64,000 bases of DNA from Eledone cirrhosa (lineage: Eukaryota): positions 420,980,001 to 421,044,000 of the forward strand of contig OZ024740.1 of the NCBI GenBank assembly GCA_964016885.1. The letters run 5' to 3'. Position numbers and translations under genes: made by a program. The notes beneath the pieces are model-generated. The model was not told where the DNA came from. It searched no databases and was given only the letters and a program-made list of their open reading frames with translations. Below are positions 12,543-25,170 of this stretch, one piece after another (within the stretch, counting starts at the first letter, position 1; every line of letters begins with the position of its first letter).

Positions 12543-12548
<6 letters not shown>

Positions 12549-13786
12549 CATCATCATCATTTTACGTCCGCTTTTCCCTGCTTGCAAGGGTGAGATGGGT
12601 CTTATTCAGCACAGCATCTCTCCACTCGTCACGGTCCCTCGTCATCTCCACCGTGAGCTTCAATGATCTGAAGTCTGTTCTCACCACCTCCGCCCATATT
12701 TTTCATGGTCTACCTCTACCACGTCTTCCTTCAACTGGCATTTCCTGGCACTTCTTCACCCATCGGTCATCCTCCATGCGCATCACATGTCCATACCACC
12801 TCAGTCTCCTCTCCCGTACACTACATTCTATCCCTCTCAGACACAGTTTCTCTCTCAACACATTTATGCTGGGGCGTTCACGCACATTTACACTGCACAT
12901 CCAACGGAGCATGCTTACCTCATTTCTCTCCAACCGTTGCATATCCTCTGCAGTTGCTGCCCATGTCTCACTACCATGCAGCATCGCGCTCCTCACACAG
13001 GCATCATACAACCGGCCTTTCGTACGCAGGGAGAAACCCTTCTTCGTCAACAGAGGAAGCAGCTCCCTAAACTTCTTCCAACCCGTCCTTATTCTAGATA
13101 CTATGGCCTCGGAACACCCTCCTCCCATGCTAATCTGATCTCCTAGGTACCGGAAGCTATCCACCACTTCTATAGCGCCCTCCTGCATTTGAAAAATGTG
13201 TCTATCAATGCGACTTCTACTGTCTAATTTCCCTGTACATCTACTGCATACATATTTCTCCCTACCTGTTAGTTTGCCTGCTATCCCGCTACATCTCCTG
13301 TGTACCCAGGATCTGCATTGTGTGCATTTTATAGAATTTATGCCAGTTTCTTTTCTGCATATCGAACATGGCCATTTCCCTGACAGAATCAGGGTTTTGT
13401 CCTCTTTTCTACTCATCAACACTTTTATCTTAGCTAGGTTCACTCTCAGTCCTCTTGCTTCCAACTGCTGTTTCCATAGCCAGAATTTATTCTCTAGCTC
13501 CTCTACTGATTCTGCTATAAGAACCAGATCGTCAGCATAGAGAAGTTCCCATGGACAGCCAGTCTTAAACTCCTCTGTTATGGCTTGGAGGACTATAATG
13601 AACAAGAGCGGGCTGAGGACCGAACCCTGATGTACTCCTACTTGTATCTGGAATTCCTCACTAAACTCCATTCCTACCCTGACTTTACTGAGAGTACCTC
13701 TATACAAAGTTTGCACTGTCCTCACAAGCCATTCCTCAACACCTAGCTTCCTTAGGGACCCTATCAAAGGCCTTCTCTAGGTCAAT
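12543..13786 (-). mobile_element. RTE-clade LINE family 1, 5'-truncated (RT, PHD-type finger, 3' tail)
   Basis: ORF 12703..13767: [45 protein letters not shown]. After one premature stop the frame continues to [13 protein letters not shown] and a (tga)n tail. Confidence 0.95.
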
Positions 13787-13898
13787 AAGGGGAACGAGCT
13801 AGACAGTAAACAATCAAAGATGGTATTGCAACGAATTCCTCACTTTTCGTTGCATTACCATCTTTGATTATTTACAGTCTCTCTCCTTCCCCTTATTT
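13785..13898. repeat. Imperfect hairpin with arms of about 50 bp
   Basis: aataagggga..agacagtaaacaatcaaagatggtattgcaacgaa pairs with ttcgttgcattaccatctttgattatttacagtct..tccccttatt. Confidence 0.85.
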
Positions 13899-14461
13899 AC
13901 GTGTCCCAACGACTTTCTTTAGCCGTTGCTCGCACCAACCGGAGGTATATGGTCTTTAAAGCGATGAAATACCAATGAAGGTTGGAAGATCACTGATGAA
14001 GGACTAAATTTATTCATATGTAACCCATTTGCAACCACGCAGCACGCCATGTTTTCATATTTATATATATATATGTTTTATAACCTTCTCGTTTGTTTTT
14101 CTAAAATAACAATCTCGTTCGTTTAATTTTGGCCAAAAATTCTAGAGTTTATAAAATGGCCTCCTTGCCCCTCCTAATCTTTACTACCCCCCCCCTCCCA
14201 TATCGTATCGTATACGCGCCTGCAAGTTCCTCCCCCTCTCTCAATCACTCCCTTCTCCCACCAAATATAAAATAAACCTGTTACGAGGTACGAATCTCAG
14301 AATTTGTCAAATCTTATTAATGGTCACACTGCTCGCTCTCCTGTGAAATGTAATGTAAAATGCTATTTTCTTTTCTTGTCTCTCCATCTTCCCGGTCCAT
14401 CTCAATGCTATTCTATAATTCTGTCGGGTTGTTCTAAATATTATTCGCTTATTACTGTTAT

Positions 14462-14545
14462 ATGCTTGTCCAATTATGCCCAAAATTCGAGGATTTTATT
14501 TAAATGCTTGTCCAATTATGCCCAAAATTCGAGGATTTTATTTAA
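14462..14545. repeat. 42-bp tandem duplication
   Basis: atgcttgtccaattatgcccaaaattcgaggattttatttaa x2. Confidence 0.9.
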
Positions 14546-14599
14546 ACCTTCTTGCTAACTACACCATACCCCTCCCCCACTCGCCACCATTATTATTTC

Positions 14600-17500
14600 G
14601 ACCAATCATAAGTCAGCGGCCTATGCTATCACTTCTTCCGGTTGCCTTTTGATATGATGGATGGACTAGGGAATTCTGGAGAGTCTGAAAAATCTGGACA
14701 CTCAGTGACAATGCCAAAGATAAAGACAAATTCACCTCATGCTGCCGGACGAAAAGGCAAGGACTCCTCTTTATTTCGGCCGTGGATGGCCAACATAACC
14801 CCAACCCCAGCCCCTCACCCCTCCCCGCGCCCCACTGTTCCCACCCACCAAACGCAATCCCAAACTTCAGAGTTGGTACCATGAATGTAGGCACCTTAAA
14901 AGGTCGCTCTAACGAGGTTGTAGAAATGCTTGAACGTAAGGAGGTTGATGTTTAATGTATCCAAGAGACCAGGTGGAGGGGTGGGTCTGCTAGATTCATT
15001 GTGGGTAAAAAACGATGCTATAAGCTTTTCTGGGTGGGAAATGACAATGGGCTGGGTGGGGTAGGAATCATGTTAGCAGAAAAATGGGTAGATAAGATAA
15101 TAGACGTAAATAGAGTGAACGACAGAATAATTAAAATAAGACCTGTCCTAAATAGAACTACCGTGACAGTAATATCTGCGTACGCACCCCAATCCGGACT
15201 GCCTGGCGTTATAAAAGAGAGATTCTATGAGACATTGATGCTCACTAACTCCCAAATAACTGACAGTGACTACATAGGCAATGTGTCAAGGAAAACCGTG
15301 ATATTGTCGGGGAGAAGTGTGTCCTTAATGATGATGGTGTACTTGCCATCACTGACACTGATAAGAAGATAGCTTGGAAGTGTCACTACGAAAGGCTACT
15401 AAATGAAGAGAATAATTAGGAGAAAGAGTCTTCCCCCACATCGATCCAATAGAGGGACCAGCAGTGTTAGTTGAAGGTAGTATAATAAGTAAGGCAATCA
15501 AAGATATGAAGACGGGTAAGGCGGCTGGGCCTTCGGAAATAGTTGCTGAAATGCTGAAAGCATCTGGAATGGTGGGACACACTATGGTCACCCAGATAGT
15601 AAACCAAGTCATACAGAATGGGGTCGATCCGAAGGACTGGCGTAGCAGCATCATCATTAACTGCTACAAGGGTAAAGGAGATGCCCTAGATAGGGGTAAA
15701 ACTATAGAGGCATTAAATTAATTGACCAGGTCATGAAGGTCACAGAAAAAGTAATAGCGCAACTAATCAGAGAACGAAATGATCTAGATGAAATGCAGTT
15801 TGGGTTTGTGTCAGGTAAAAGTACCACAGACGCTCTTTTCATTGTACGACAACTACAGGAGAAGTACCTAGCTAAAAGTAAACCCCTCTACTTAGCTTTT
15901 GTTGACTTAGAGAAAGCTTTTGACAGAGTCCGCCGCTCCATTATCTGGTGGGTTCTTAGAAAACTAGGTGTTGACGAATGGCTTATGAGAGCTATACAAG
16001 CCATATATAAAGAAACAGTCAGCAAGGTTAGAATTAACAACGAATATAGTGAAGAGTTTAGCGTAAAAGTTGGTGTTCATCAGGGCTCCGTCCTTAGCCC
16101 CCTCCTATTTGTTATTGCCCTTCAGGCTATAACAGAGGAGTTCAAGACCGGCTGCCCATGGGAACTCCTATACGCAGATGATCTAACGCTCATAGCTGAA
16201 TCAATGGCTGAACTAGAGAAGAAATTCCAAATATGGAAGCCTGGCCTAGAATCAAAAAGGCCTTAAAATTAACCTGTCTAAGACTAAAGTTCTAGTTTGT
16301 AGGAAGGAAAATAGGGCACTAGTCCCATCTGGGAAATGGCCATGCTCAGTGTGTAGGAAAGGAGTAGGCAGAAACTCCATTTTATGTCCCAAATGCAAAG
16401 TATGGGTGCATAAAAGATGTAGTGGGATCACAGGTAAGCTAACTAAGAATATAGATTTTATATGTGGCCGGTGCTCTGGTGCAATAAGTAGCAGCAAGTG
16501 CCCACAGAATACTAGCTCATTCCATTGCACAGATGGTTCTATAGAAATAGTGGACACCTTCCGTTACCTGGGTGACAAAATCAGCAGTGGTGGAGGGTGC
16601 TCTGAAAGTACAGTAGCTAGAGTCAGAACGGGATGGAAAAAGTTCAGAGGGCTTATACCACTATTAGCCGCTAAAGGGTTCTTACTAAAAATGAAAGGCA
16701 GGCTGTATGATGCCTGCATACGAACAGCAATGTTACATGGCAGTGAGACCTGGGCATTGTGTGCAGAGGATATACGCAGACTAGAGAGGAACGAAGCTTG
16801 CATGCTCCGCTGGATGTGTAATAGTAATATACGTGAACGGCAAAGCATAAACGAACTAAGGGAGAAATTAGGAATAAGAGGGATCAGATGATGTTTACTC
16901 GAGAGAAGACTACGTTGGTATGGTCACGTGATGCGCATGAAAGACGACAGTTGTATAAAAAAGTGCAGGGCGATAAAAATAGACGGTAGCCACGGAGTAG
17001 GCAGACCCAGAAAAACCTGGGACGACTTGATAAATTCCGACCTCACACACTTACACCTCTCAAAGACAATGTCACTGGACCGAGATCTTTGGTGCTACAC
17101 AGTAATACAGAAGACCCGCCTGGCCTAAGTACAAAGCGAAACCTACAGCCAGTAGGCACCTCTAACAAAAATACACCCCGTCCCACTACACCCACCCCAT
17201 CCACACCACTCCTTTCAATGTAAAGTTATGTTGGTACCACAACATCCAGGCCGAAACAAATGAGGTTGTGTAGGTGTCACGACAAAAAAAACACACAGTC
17301 CACGTAATGTGGCCGTGTAGGTAACACGGTAAAAACCTCCCAGTCCAGACTGTAAACGTGGTTGGTGTTAGGAAGGGCATCCAGCCGTAGAAAACCCGCC
17401 AGACAATCCTATACGAGCAAGTCAACCAATCTTGCCTCAAGTGGGAAAATTCCCGTCCAAACCCATGCTAGCGTGGAAGATGGACGTTAAACGATGATGA
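14600..17500 (+). mobile_element. RTE-clade LINE family 2, near full length but inactivated (APE, RT, PHD-type finger, 3'UTR)
   Basis: APE motifs GTMNVGTL, V*CIQETRW, GGVGIML, ISAYAPQ. RT motifs QFGFVSGKSTTDALF, FVDLEKAFDRV, QGSVLSPLLF, YADD. Internal deletion near 15280, plus stops and frameshifts. Ends aacccatgctagcgtggaagatggacgttaaacgatgatga. Confidence 0.95.
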
Positions 17501-17519
17501 TATATATATATATATATGA

Positions 17520-17910
17520 TGTAGTGGATTTCCCAGCTGTGTGCCGGGCGCTCGGAAAGATCAGCCTTCCTTGAGTGCTTGGAAAAATAAATTTCCTCTC
17601 TTTCGGTAAACGAAACTACTCGGAGCGGCTCGATTTGCCCCGGGGCCCGTCGCACCGCCTGTTTTGACCGCCATATTATACTCATACCTATAAACTCTAG
17701 GCTTAGGCATAACTGTTAGCTGTATCATGCCTCCCTCTGCTGGCACGTAAATAAACCCCTCCTGTGTGAATTAATAGTATTCGTTTGGTATAGACGATGT
17801 CCTGTAGAAGCTGGTTGACTTCCCGCTAGCACACCCGAAGCCTATCGCAGCTACGTTCCTAGAGTACTCGGAAAAATTAATTTCCATTTATTTCGCTAGA
17901 CGATACCACA
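17520..17910 (+). mobile_element. Possible LTR of an LTR retrotransposon
   Basis: GC-richer block bounded by TGTAGT...ACCACA, with tataaa near 17688 and aataaa near 17750, followed by a TGG-starting PBS-like tract at 17917. No second LTR or TSD seen. Confidence 0.4.
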
Positions 17911-18487
17911 CGAAACTGGCTGACACGTGGTTAGGAGGTGATGGCTGGGATTTACAATCGAAGGCTTTTATCTTTACTCTATATCCTACCTTGATAACTT
18001 ATTGATATTCCCTATAATACACTTAACCTTTTCATATAAGACTCTCTCTGTAATTTCATTAAATAAATCTAGCAACACAAACCTTTAATTTTCTATTAAT
18101 TTTCTATTAATTTTCTAATAATTTAATTTCATCCTATAACTCTTAACATAAGTTAATGTTCCAATTTCTGTTCACACATTAGACCATACAGACACCCATA
18201 TATATGCCTTTGTTAAAATATGGGTTCTTTGGAATAACTACAGCATGACTGTAGTGTGACACTTACGCTGACTTTTTTCTTTCTTTCTTTCTTCTTTTTT
18301 TCTTCTCTGACGGAGAGGTGGTAGTACATTATAAGCTTTCGCCCCCTCACCAGATGGTCATTAGTAGACCGAGTTGCCATCACTTGAGGGCGACTGACCG
18401 AGGTGAAAGCAGCTAGTTGGTCAGTCGTCCTCTCTGTCTCTGATTATCGGACCCATGGATTTTATATATTCCTTTGTTATATTTCGA

Positions 18488-18545
18488 ATACCTGATGATA
18501 TCACCGGATTCATATGGAACCGGGTCATTGAAATGATCATAGTAT
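18488..18545 (+). ncRNA. Minimal type I hammerhead ribozyme motif (Penelope/retrozyme type)
   Basis: Stem I atac/gtat, core CTGATGA 18492-18498, stem II hairpin ccgg...ccgg, GAAA 18530-18533, palindromic stem III atgatcat, AUA site at 18539-18541, then AATAAA at 18546. Confidence 0.65.
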
Positions 18546-18608
18546 AATAAACTTTTCAAGGATTTACACCAGTCCAGCCTCCTGTTATTTTATTTGTAAT
18601 AATTAATG

Positions 18609-18944
18609 GAGGCACATGGCTTAGTGGTTAGAGCATTGGCCTTGCAATCGAAAGGTTGTGAGTTCAATTCTCAGACCGGGTGATGTGTTATTTCCTTGAG
18701 CAAGACACTTTATTTCACATTGCTCCAGTTCACTCAGCTGTAGAAATGAGATGATAGGGTCTAGGGGCCCTATCATTTCACTACAAAATGGTCGTGGAGG
18801 TGCCACTGCAAAAAAGCACCCAGCACTCACTGTAAATGAGGTTGGTGTTAGGAAGGGCATCCAGCTGTAGAAATCAAGCCAGAATCAGTTCCCGTCCCAC
18901 CCTTGCAAGCAGGGAAAAAGCGGACGTAAAATGAAATGAATGAA
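18609..18944 (+). mobile_element. SINE family A, full length
   Basis: Colinear with 8280-8617; possible aattaa TSD. Confidence 0.9.
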
Positions 18945-19097
18945 TTAACTCCGTATTAGCACCACCAACTACACAAACGAAGACGGGTGAACTGCACTAC
19001 GTTGAGTACTCTCCATAATATTACATCAAGATTGACCATACGGAATGACCAATTCTATCTAGTGGTGAACCAACAAATCTAAATAAATATATATATA

Positions 19098-19738
19098 TAA
19101 ATGAACTAATTGAGAAATTAGGAATAAGAGGGATCAGATGTTGTTTACTTGAGAGAAGACAGCTGTATAAAAAAGTGCAGGGCGATCAAAATTGATGGTA
19201 GTTACGGAGTAGGTAGACCCAGAAAAACCTGGGACAATCTAATAAATTCCGACCTTACACACTTGCACCTCTCTAAGACAATGTCACTGGACCGAGATCT
19301 TTGGTGCTACGGAGTAATACAGAAGACCCGCCTTGCCTATGTACAAAGTGAAACCTACTGTCAGTAGGCACCTCTTAACCAAATATACACCACAATCCAC
19401 TACTCCTACCCTATCCTCCCACTCCCACCAACCTCTCTCTGTAAAGTTGGTACCACAACATCCAGTCCAAATAAATGAGATAATGAGATTGTATAGGTGT
19501 CACGACAAAAAACACACAGTCCACGCTGTAATGTGGCCGTGTAGGGAACACGGTAAAAAGTTCCCAGTTCCACACTGTAAATGTGGTTGGTGTTAGGAAG
19601 GGCATCCAGCCGTAGAAAACCTGCCAGATAGTCCTATATGAGCGAGACATGGTCACCTGACCAACCTTGACTCAAATTGGGACAACTCCCATCTAACCCA
19701 TGCTAGCGTGGAAAATGGACATTAAACGATGATGATGA

Positions 19739-19741
<3 letters not shown>
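19098..19741 (+). mobile_element. RTE family 2 LINE 3' end, 5'-truncated
   Basis: Colinear with 16846-17500 (SCIKKCRAIKIDGSYGVGRPRKTWD...QKTRLA); the (gat)n tail abuts (TA)n. Confidence 0.93.
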
Positions 19742-19822
<81 letters not shown>

Positions 19823-21269
19823 CATATGCTGCAACACTGACCCTTCGATTCTTTTAAATCTCTCTCTCTATATATATATTATATATAATATAGAAATTGC
19901 TTCTACAGGACTAGAACAGTTTCATTCGAAGGAAATCTTACTTACTGTGGTTACCCCCATTGAACCTTGGATACATACATATATATATATATATATACAT
20001 ATATATACCCACACTTAAAGTTTGTATTTTCAAAAAATATAAGCAGTATTCACTGAAAGAGATGTCAATCTCACAGTTGAGTGATCTGTCCATGTTAAGT
20101 ACTGGTTGTACAACTAAACTCTCTAAGCTGGTGCCCAAGCATGACTGCAATCCTGTAATGGAAAACAGCATATAGACGTAATCTGATTTAACTTTGTAAA
20201 ATATCCAAAGTAAATCTAAGCTCTGTAAATCTAAGCTCTGTATATTTCTCTAGTGAGTCATAAGTAACCGGGCAGTCAATACACTTTTATTGCAAGATTC
20301 ACAAATAACTTTTTGAACATCCACTTTATTTGTGTGATCAGCCAGGGTTATATATTTTAAACTAATTTTGTTTGATGTATTTATGGTTCCTTAGAATGTC
20401 AGATAGAATGCTTTGCAGTATTTGTTTCGCCTCTCTGTTCTCTGACTCAAATCCCACCGAGGTCAATTGGCCTTTTATCTATTTGAGATTGATAAAAAAA
20501 AATACCAGTCAAATACTGGAGTTGATTCTTCCTCTATATCTCTTTCTCTCTTCCTTTCTCTCACTCCCTATCCTTCTTTGGAAGAAATCTACTGTATTCA
20601 AACCTAGAAAGGAGATGGGCCCCACCATTTGTTTTTTTTTAAATGCCCTAGAAACACTGTATATCAATACGGCGGCCCTTATGACTCCCTCAGGATTTAG
20701 GGACCTTCATGTAATGTCTTACGAGAATTTCAGTAAATATCATTTGGAATATAAATGGACTGGTTACTTATGACTCAGCCATCTCCACTACACAATTTTT
20801 GTTCACTTTATTTCTTTCACTCTGTTTTACTCACGACTATGACATGTTTTGTTAAGGTTTACCATAACATTCTTTTATATAACTTTCTAGAAGAAACATC
20901 AACTGTCATTCTATTATTTACATTCTATTATTTACATTTATTTATTAGTAGTAGTAGTAGTTTTTTTCTCCTTTTTTTGACAACTTGCTTGTCAACTTTC
21001 CTAATATTACATTGTCAGACTTGTGTATATTATTTTGTGTTTATACTTTAGTGGGTGGGTGGGGGTTGATATATAGAAGTAGGTTGTCTAGACGAACCTA
21101 TGTGAGTTGAAACAAAACATACATTGATTATTATAATATATGTGTGTGTGTGTGTGTGTATATACATGTGTATGTGTGTAGATATATATATATATGCATA
21201 TGTATGTGTTAAATAAAAGTTATTTCTATGATAAAATAAATATACCTATTCTCTAGCACTAAGTACCTT

Positions 21270-21345
21270 TTTTTGACATTGGTTGCCTCCCAATTTTTGA
21301 CATTGGTTGCCTCCCAATTTTTGACATTGGTTGACTCCCAATTTA
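21270..21345. repeat. 24-bp tandem repeat x3
   Basis: Unit tttttgacattggttgcctcccaa. Confidence 0.9.
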
Positions 21346-21373
21346 TCAGGATCCTATATATACATATATATAT

Positions 21374-21695
21374 CAATTCTCGGACCGGGTGATGTATTGT
21401 TTCCTTGAGCAAGACACTTTATTTCACATTGCTCCAGTTTACTCAGCTGTAGAAATGAGATGACAGGGACTGGGGTCCATATCATTCCACTGCAAAGTGT
21501 GCCACGGCAAAAAAAAAAGCACCCAGCCCACACTGTAAAGTGGACGTGTAGGCGCCACGGAAAAAAGCACCCAGCACTCACTGTAAATGAGGTTGGTGTT
21601 AGGAAGGGCATCCAGCTGTAGAAATCAAGCCAGAATCAGTTCCCGTCCCACCCTTGCAAGCAGGGAAAAAGCGGACGTAAAATGATGATGATGAT
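21374..21695 (+). mobile_element. SINE family A, 5'-truncated, with an extra 48-bp module
   Basis: CORE-like segment and tail as in the 8280 copy; two tandem gcacccagc.cactgtaaa units. Confidence 0.88.
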
Positions 21696-21817
21696 ATATA
21701 AATGTGCATCTATATATATATATATATGTGTATGTATATATAGATATATATATGTGTGTGTGAGGTGGAAGATTGACTGTGAGCGCAAGTGGTTTCGGCT
21801 AGTAACCTATATGTATA

Positions 21818-21850
<33 letters not shown>

Positions 21851-21900
21851 TTGTGTGTGTGTATATATGTGTGTGTGTAAATATATATATATATGTGTAA

Positions 21901-21932
<32 letters not shown>

Positions 21933-21957
21933 ATATATGTGTGTATGTGTAAATATC

Positions 21958-22151
21958 GTCATCATCATCATCGCTGTTTAATGTCTTTCTTAAGCTTGCA
22001 TGAATTAGATGGGGTGTCAAGTTCTGAGACTAGATAGGCCAGGTGACCATGCCTTGCTCATATATAATGTGGTTTGGTTTCCATGGCCGGATGCCCTTCA
22101 CGACATCAACCACTTTACAGTGTGGACTGCAAGTATTTTATCATGATTCTA
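21958..22151 (-). mobile_element. RTE family-2-like 3' tail attached to the 48-bp array
   Basis: catcatcatc..gtttaatgtc..gcttgcatgaattagatgggg..caggtgaccatgccttgctcata..ggccggatgcccttcacgacatcaaccactttacagtgtgg matches the reverse complement of 19570-19740. Confidence 0.8.
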
Positions 22152-23250
22152 TACCACTTTACAGAGGGGGCAGGGTACATTTTATTGTGGAACCCACACT
22201 ACCACTTTACAGAGGGGGCAGGGTACATTTTATTGTGGAACCCACACTACCACTTTACAGAGGGGGCAGGGTACATTTTATTGTGGAACCCACACTACCA
22301 CTTTACAGAGGGGGCTGGGTACATTTTATTGTGGAACCCACACTACCACTTTACAGAGGGGGCTGGGTACATTTTATTGTGGAACCCACACTACCACTTT
22401 ACAGAGGGGGCTGGGTACATTTTATTGTGGAACCCACACTACCACTTTACAGAGGGGGCTGGGTACATTTTATTGTGGAACCCACACTACCACTTTACAG
22501 AGGGGGCAGGGTACATTTTATTGTGGAACCCACACTACCACTTTACAGAGGGGGCTGGGTACATTTTATTGTGGAACCCACACTACCACTTTACAGAGGG
22601 GGCAAGGTACATTTTATTGTGGAACCCACACTACCACTTTACAGAGGGGGCTGGGTACATTTTATTGTGGAACCCACACTACCACTTTACAGAGGGGGCA
22701 GGGTACATTTTATTGTGGAACCCACACTACCACTTTACAGAGGGGGCTGGGTACATTTTATTGTGGAACCCACACTACCACTTTACAGAGGGGGCTGGGT
22801 ACATTTTATTGTGGCACCCACACTACCACTTTACAGAGGGGGCAAGGTACATTTTATTGTGGAACCCACACTACCACTTTACAGAGGGGGCTGGGTACAT
22901 TTTATTGTGGCACCCACACTACCACTTTACAGAGGGGGCAGGGTACATTTTATTGTGGAACCCACACTACCACTTTACAGAGGGGGCTGGGTACATTTTA
23001 TTGTGGAACCCACACTACCACTTTACAGAGGGGGCAGGGTACATTTTATTGTGGAACCCACACTACCACTTTACAGAGGGGGCAGGGTACATTTTATTGT
23101 GGAACCCACACTACCACTTTACAGAGGGGGCTGGGTACATTTTATTGTGGAACCCACACTACCACTTTACAGAGGGGGCTGGGTACATTTTATTGTGGAA
23201 CCCACACTACCACTTTACAGAGGGGGCTGGGTGCATTTTATCGTGGTCCC
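22152..23250 (-). repeat. 48-bp minisatellite, about 23 copies, retroelement-derived
   Basis: Unit accactttacagagggggc(t/a)gggtacattttattgtggaacccacact; period 48 (22153, 22201). Confidence 0.97.
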
Positions 23251-23557
23251 AGCAGTATATCATTAGGGTACATATGTAGAGGCAGGGATGAGAGATCTTG
23301 TGTGGGGGGAGTGAAGCTACATGTTGCTTGCTGAGGGGGAAGGGGTCATTCTACCATGAGAGAGCAAGCATCGGGACTTGTAGGTGACTTTGAAGATAGT
23401 CAGTTGCATCTGGCTGTGTGGGAGTGGTGGTGTGGTGTTGAGGTCAGGCTGACCTTGTTGGACAAGGGAGGTGTGTGGTGGTGTGGTGTTGGGGTCAGGC
23501 TGTGAGGTTATTTTTACAAAATGAAAAAAAACGAGATGTTCTACACAAGTGAAAGTA

Positions 23558-23778
23558 TAAGGAAAAAAGATGAAATCGAAAATGCAACTGGAGTCTTTTT
23601 TTTTTTAAATATATTTATTGAGATGGAGGGTCTGTGGTTTTAAAAACCACAAACCCTCAATCTCAATTCTACTTTTGAAAAGCACAAGAACTGCGAAACC
23701 GGTAAAGGAACCAAATAAATATATTTAAAAAAAAAAAAAGACTCCAGTTGCATTTTCGATGTCATCTCTTTTCTTTAT
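23558..23778. repeat. Foldback element with a degenerate hammerhead motif
   Basis: Arms gatgaaatcgaaaatgcaactggagtctttt..aaatatatttatt and aataaatatattt..aaaagactccagttgcattttcgatgtcatc. Inner hairpin at 23618-23666; gaaaccggta at 23695-23704. Confidence 0.8.
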
Positions 23779-23839
23779 ATATATATATATATATATATAG
23801 AAGGTGTGTGCATGTATGTATATACATACTTATATGTGG

Positions 23840-23879
<40 letters not shown>

Positions 23880-24070
23880 ATAACTAGAAATTGATTAACA
23901 TATATATAAACATGAATAATCACAGGAGATAAATTTTACAAGTGTGTAACCACACATAGCTAGGTAGGTAACTAAATAAAGTTGACTAGAACTTCAAAAA
24001 TAGATACCTTATAATATGATTAATCTTCCCTGTTTATATTCCATTAAAGAAATATATTTCACCAATTAAT
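23880..24070 (+). mobile_element. Dispersed repeat, homologous to 35539-35730
   Basis: aactagaaattgattaacata..cacacatagctaggtaggtaactaaataaagtt..gaacttcaaa..tagatacctt is shared with 35539-35730. Both copies start at a (TA)n tract. Confidence 0.75.
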
Positions 24071-24390
24071 CAGATGGTAAATCACGGAAGTGGATATTTT
24101 TTGATCTTCAACAAGGAAGAAAAATTTCCAACACTACGAGTTCAAATCTGCAACTGGCTACTACCACGTGTTGTGTTTACACATCATAGCAGCTTCGTCT
24201 CAGTGGCGTGAATAGGGTTTTCGACAACTAGAAACAGCAGTCGATTCCTTTCAACAGAGTTAGCTCTACAATTAAGGAGCCGTATTTATATATCTATATC
24301 CAAATTTTCCGGGTGATATGACGCATGCCGTTATGGCATGACACCCATAATTTCGATTTAGATTAAATTCATTTAATTTATCTTAATTTT

Positions 24391-24436
<46 letters not shown>

Positions 24437-24589
24437 AAGCATATAATCATCATGATCACTATTTAACGTCCATTTTTACATGCTAGAATAAGGGGGTACA
24501 CCGGACAAAAAAAAATAGCAAAACAAACAGTTGTGTGTATAAATATATATATATAATGTGTGTGTATGTGTCTGTGTGTTATATATTTG

Positions 24590-25170
24590 TAATAATAATG
24601 ATAATGAAATTATTGTGTACAGTGCTCAGGTGCACTACAACTCATCAAAGGTGCATGTATAGTACATAGAATAATGTACAAATGTCAGGAAAATGAACTG
24701 TGTATGAGTCATGATATACATGTGTGTGTGTGTGTGTGTGTGTATGGAGGGGGGATATGAGGTGTAGTGTTGGCAAATCTCAGGAAGCATGGAGGTTTTA
24801 AAGGATGTAGTGTCTTGGCAGCTTACAACTGATGCAGGTAGTTTGTTCCATGCTTCAGTAACTCACTTTGTAGACATGTCCACAGGTGTTAGACACATGG
24901 AATTCAGAAAGGTACTCAGAGTTGTTGTTGGCAAGATGGTTAATAATTTTGTGGGTGTTTACCAAGTCAGTTGCCAGACGTCGGAGCTTCAATGTATCCA
25001 TGCCCAGGAAAGCAAGGTGTTCAGAGTATGGTAGATGCCTGATGGAGGGTATTCGCCTGGTTGCACGTCTCTGAATAGTTTCCAGGGGGTCAATGTTCTG
25101 AGCAAGAGGAGGGTTCTACACTGGTGATGCAAATTCTAAGTGTGGCCGCACCATAGCTATATACAGCTTT
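24590..25170 (-). mobile_element. CR1-like LINE 3' fragment
   Basis: Minus-strand translation KLYIAMVRPHLEFASPV*NP...LETIQRRATRRIPSIRHLPYSEHL...LKLRRLATDL and RVTEAWNKLPASVVSC...SFK match CR1 ORF2 C-terminal motifs; (TTA)-type tail at 24590. Confidence 0.85.

Noticed and set aside
11558-12587. YI/CV-rich ORFs (also near 21700-22030 and 26575)
   Set aside because: They are translations of (TA)n and (TG)n microsatellites.
13993-14040. CTGATGA as a further hammerhead core
   Set aside because: No correctly placed GAAA, stem II or stem I partner could be found.
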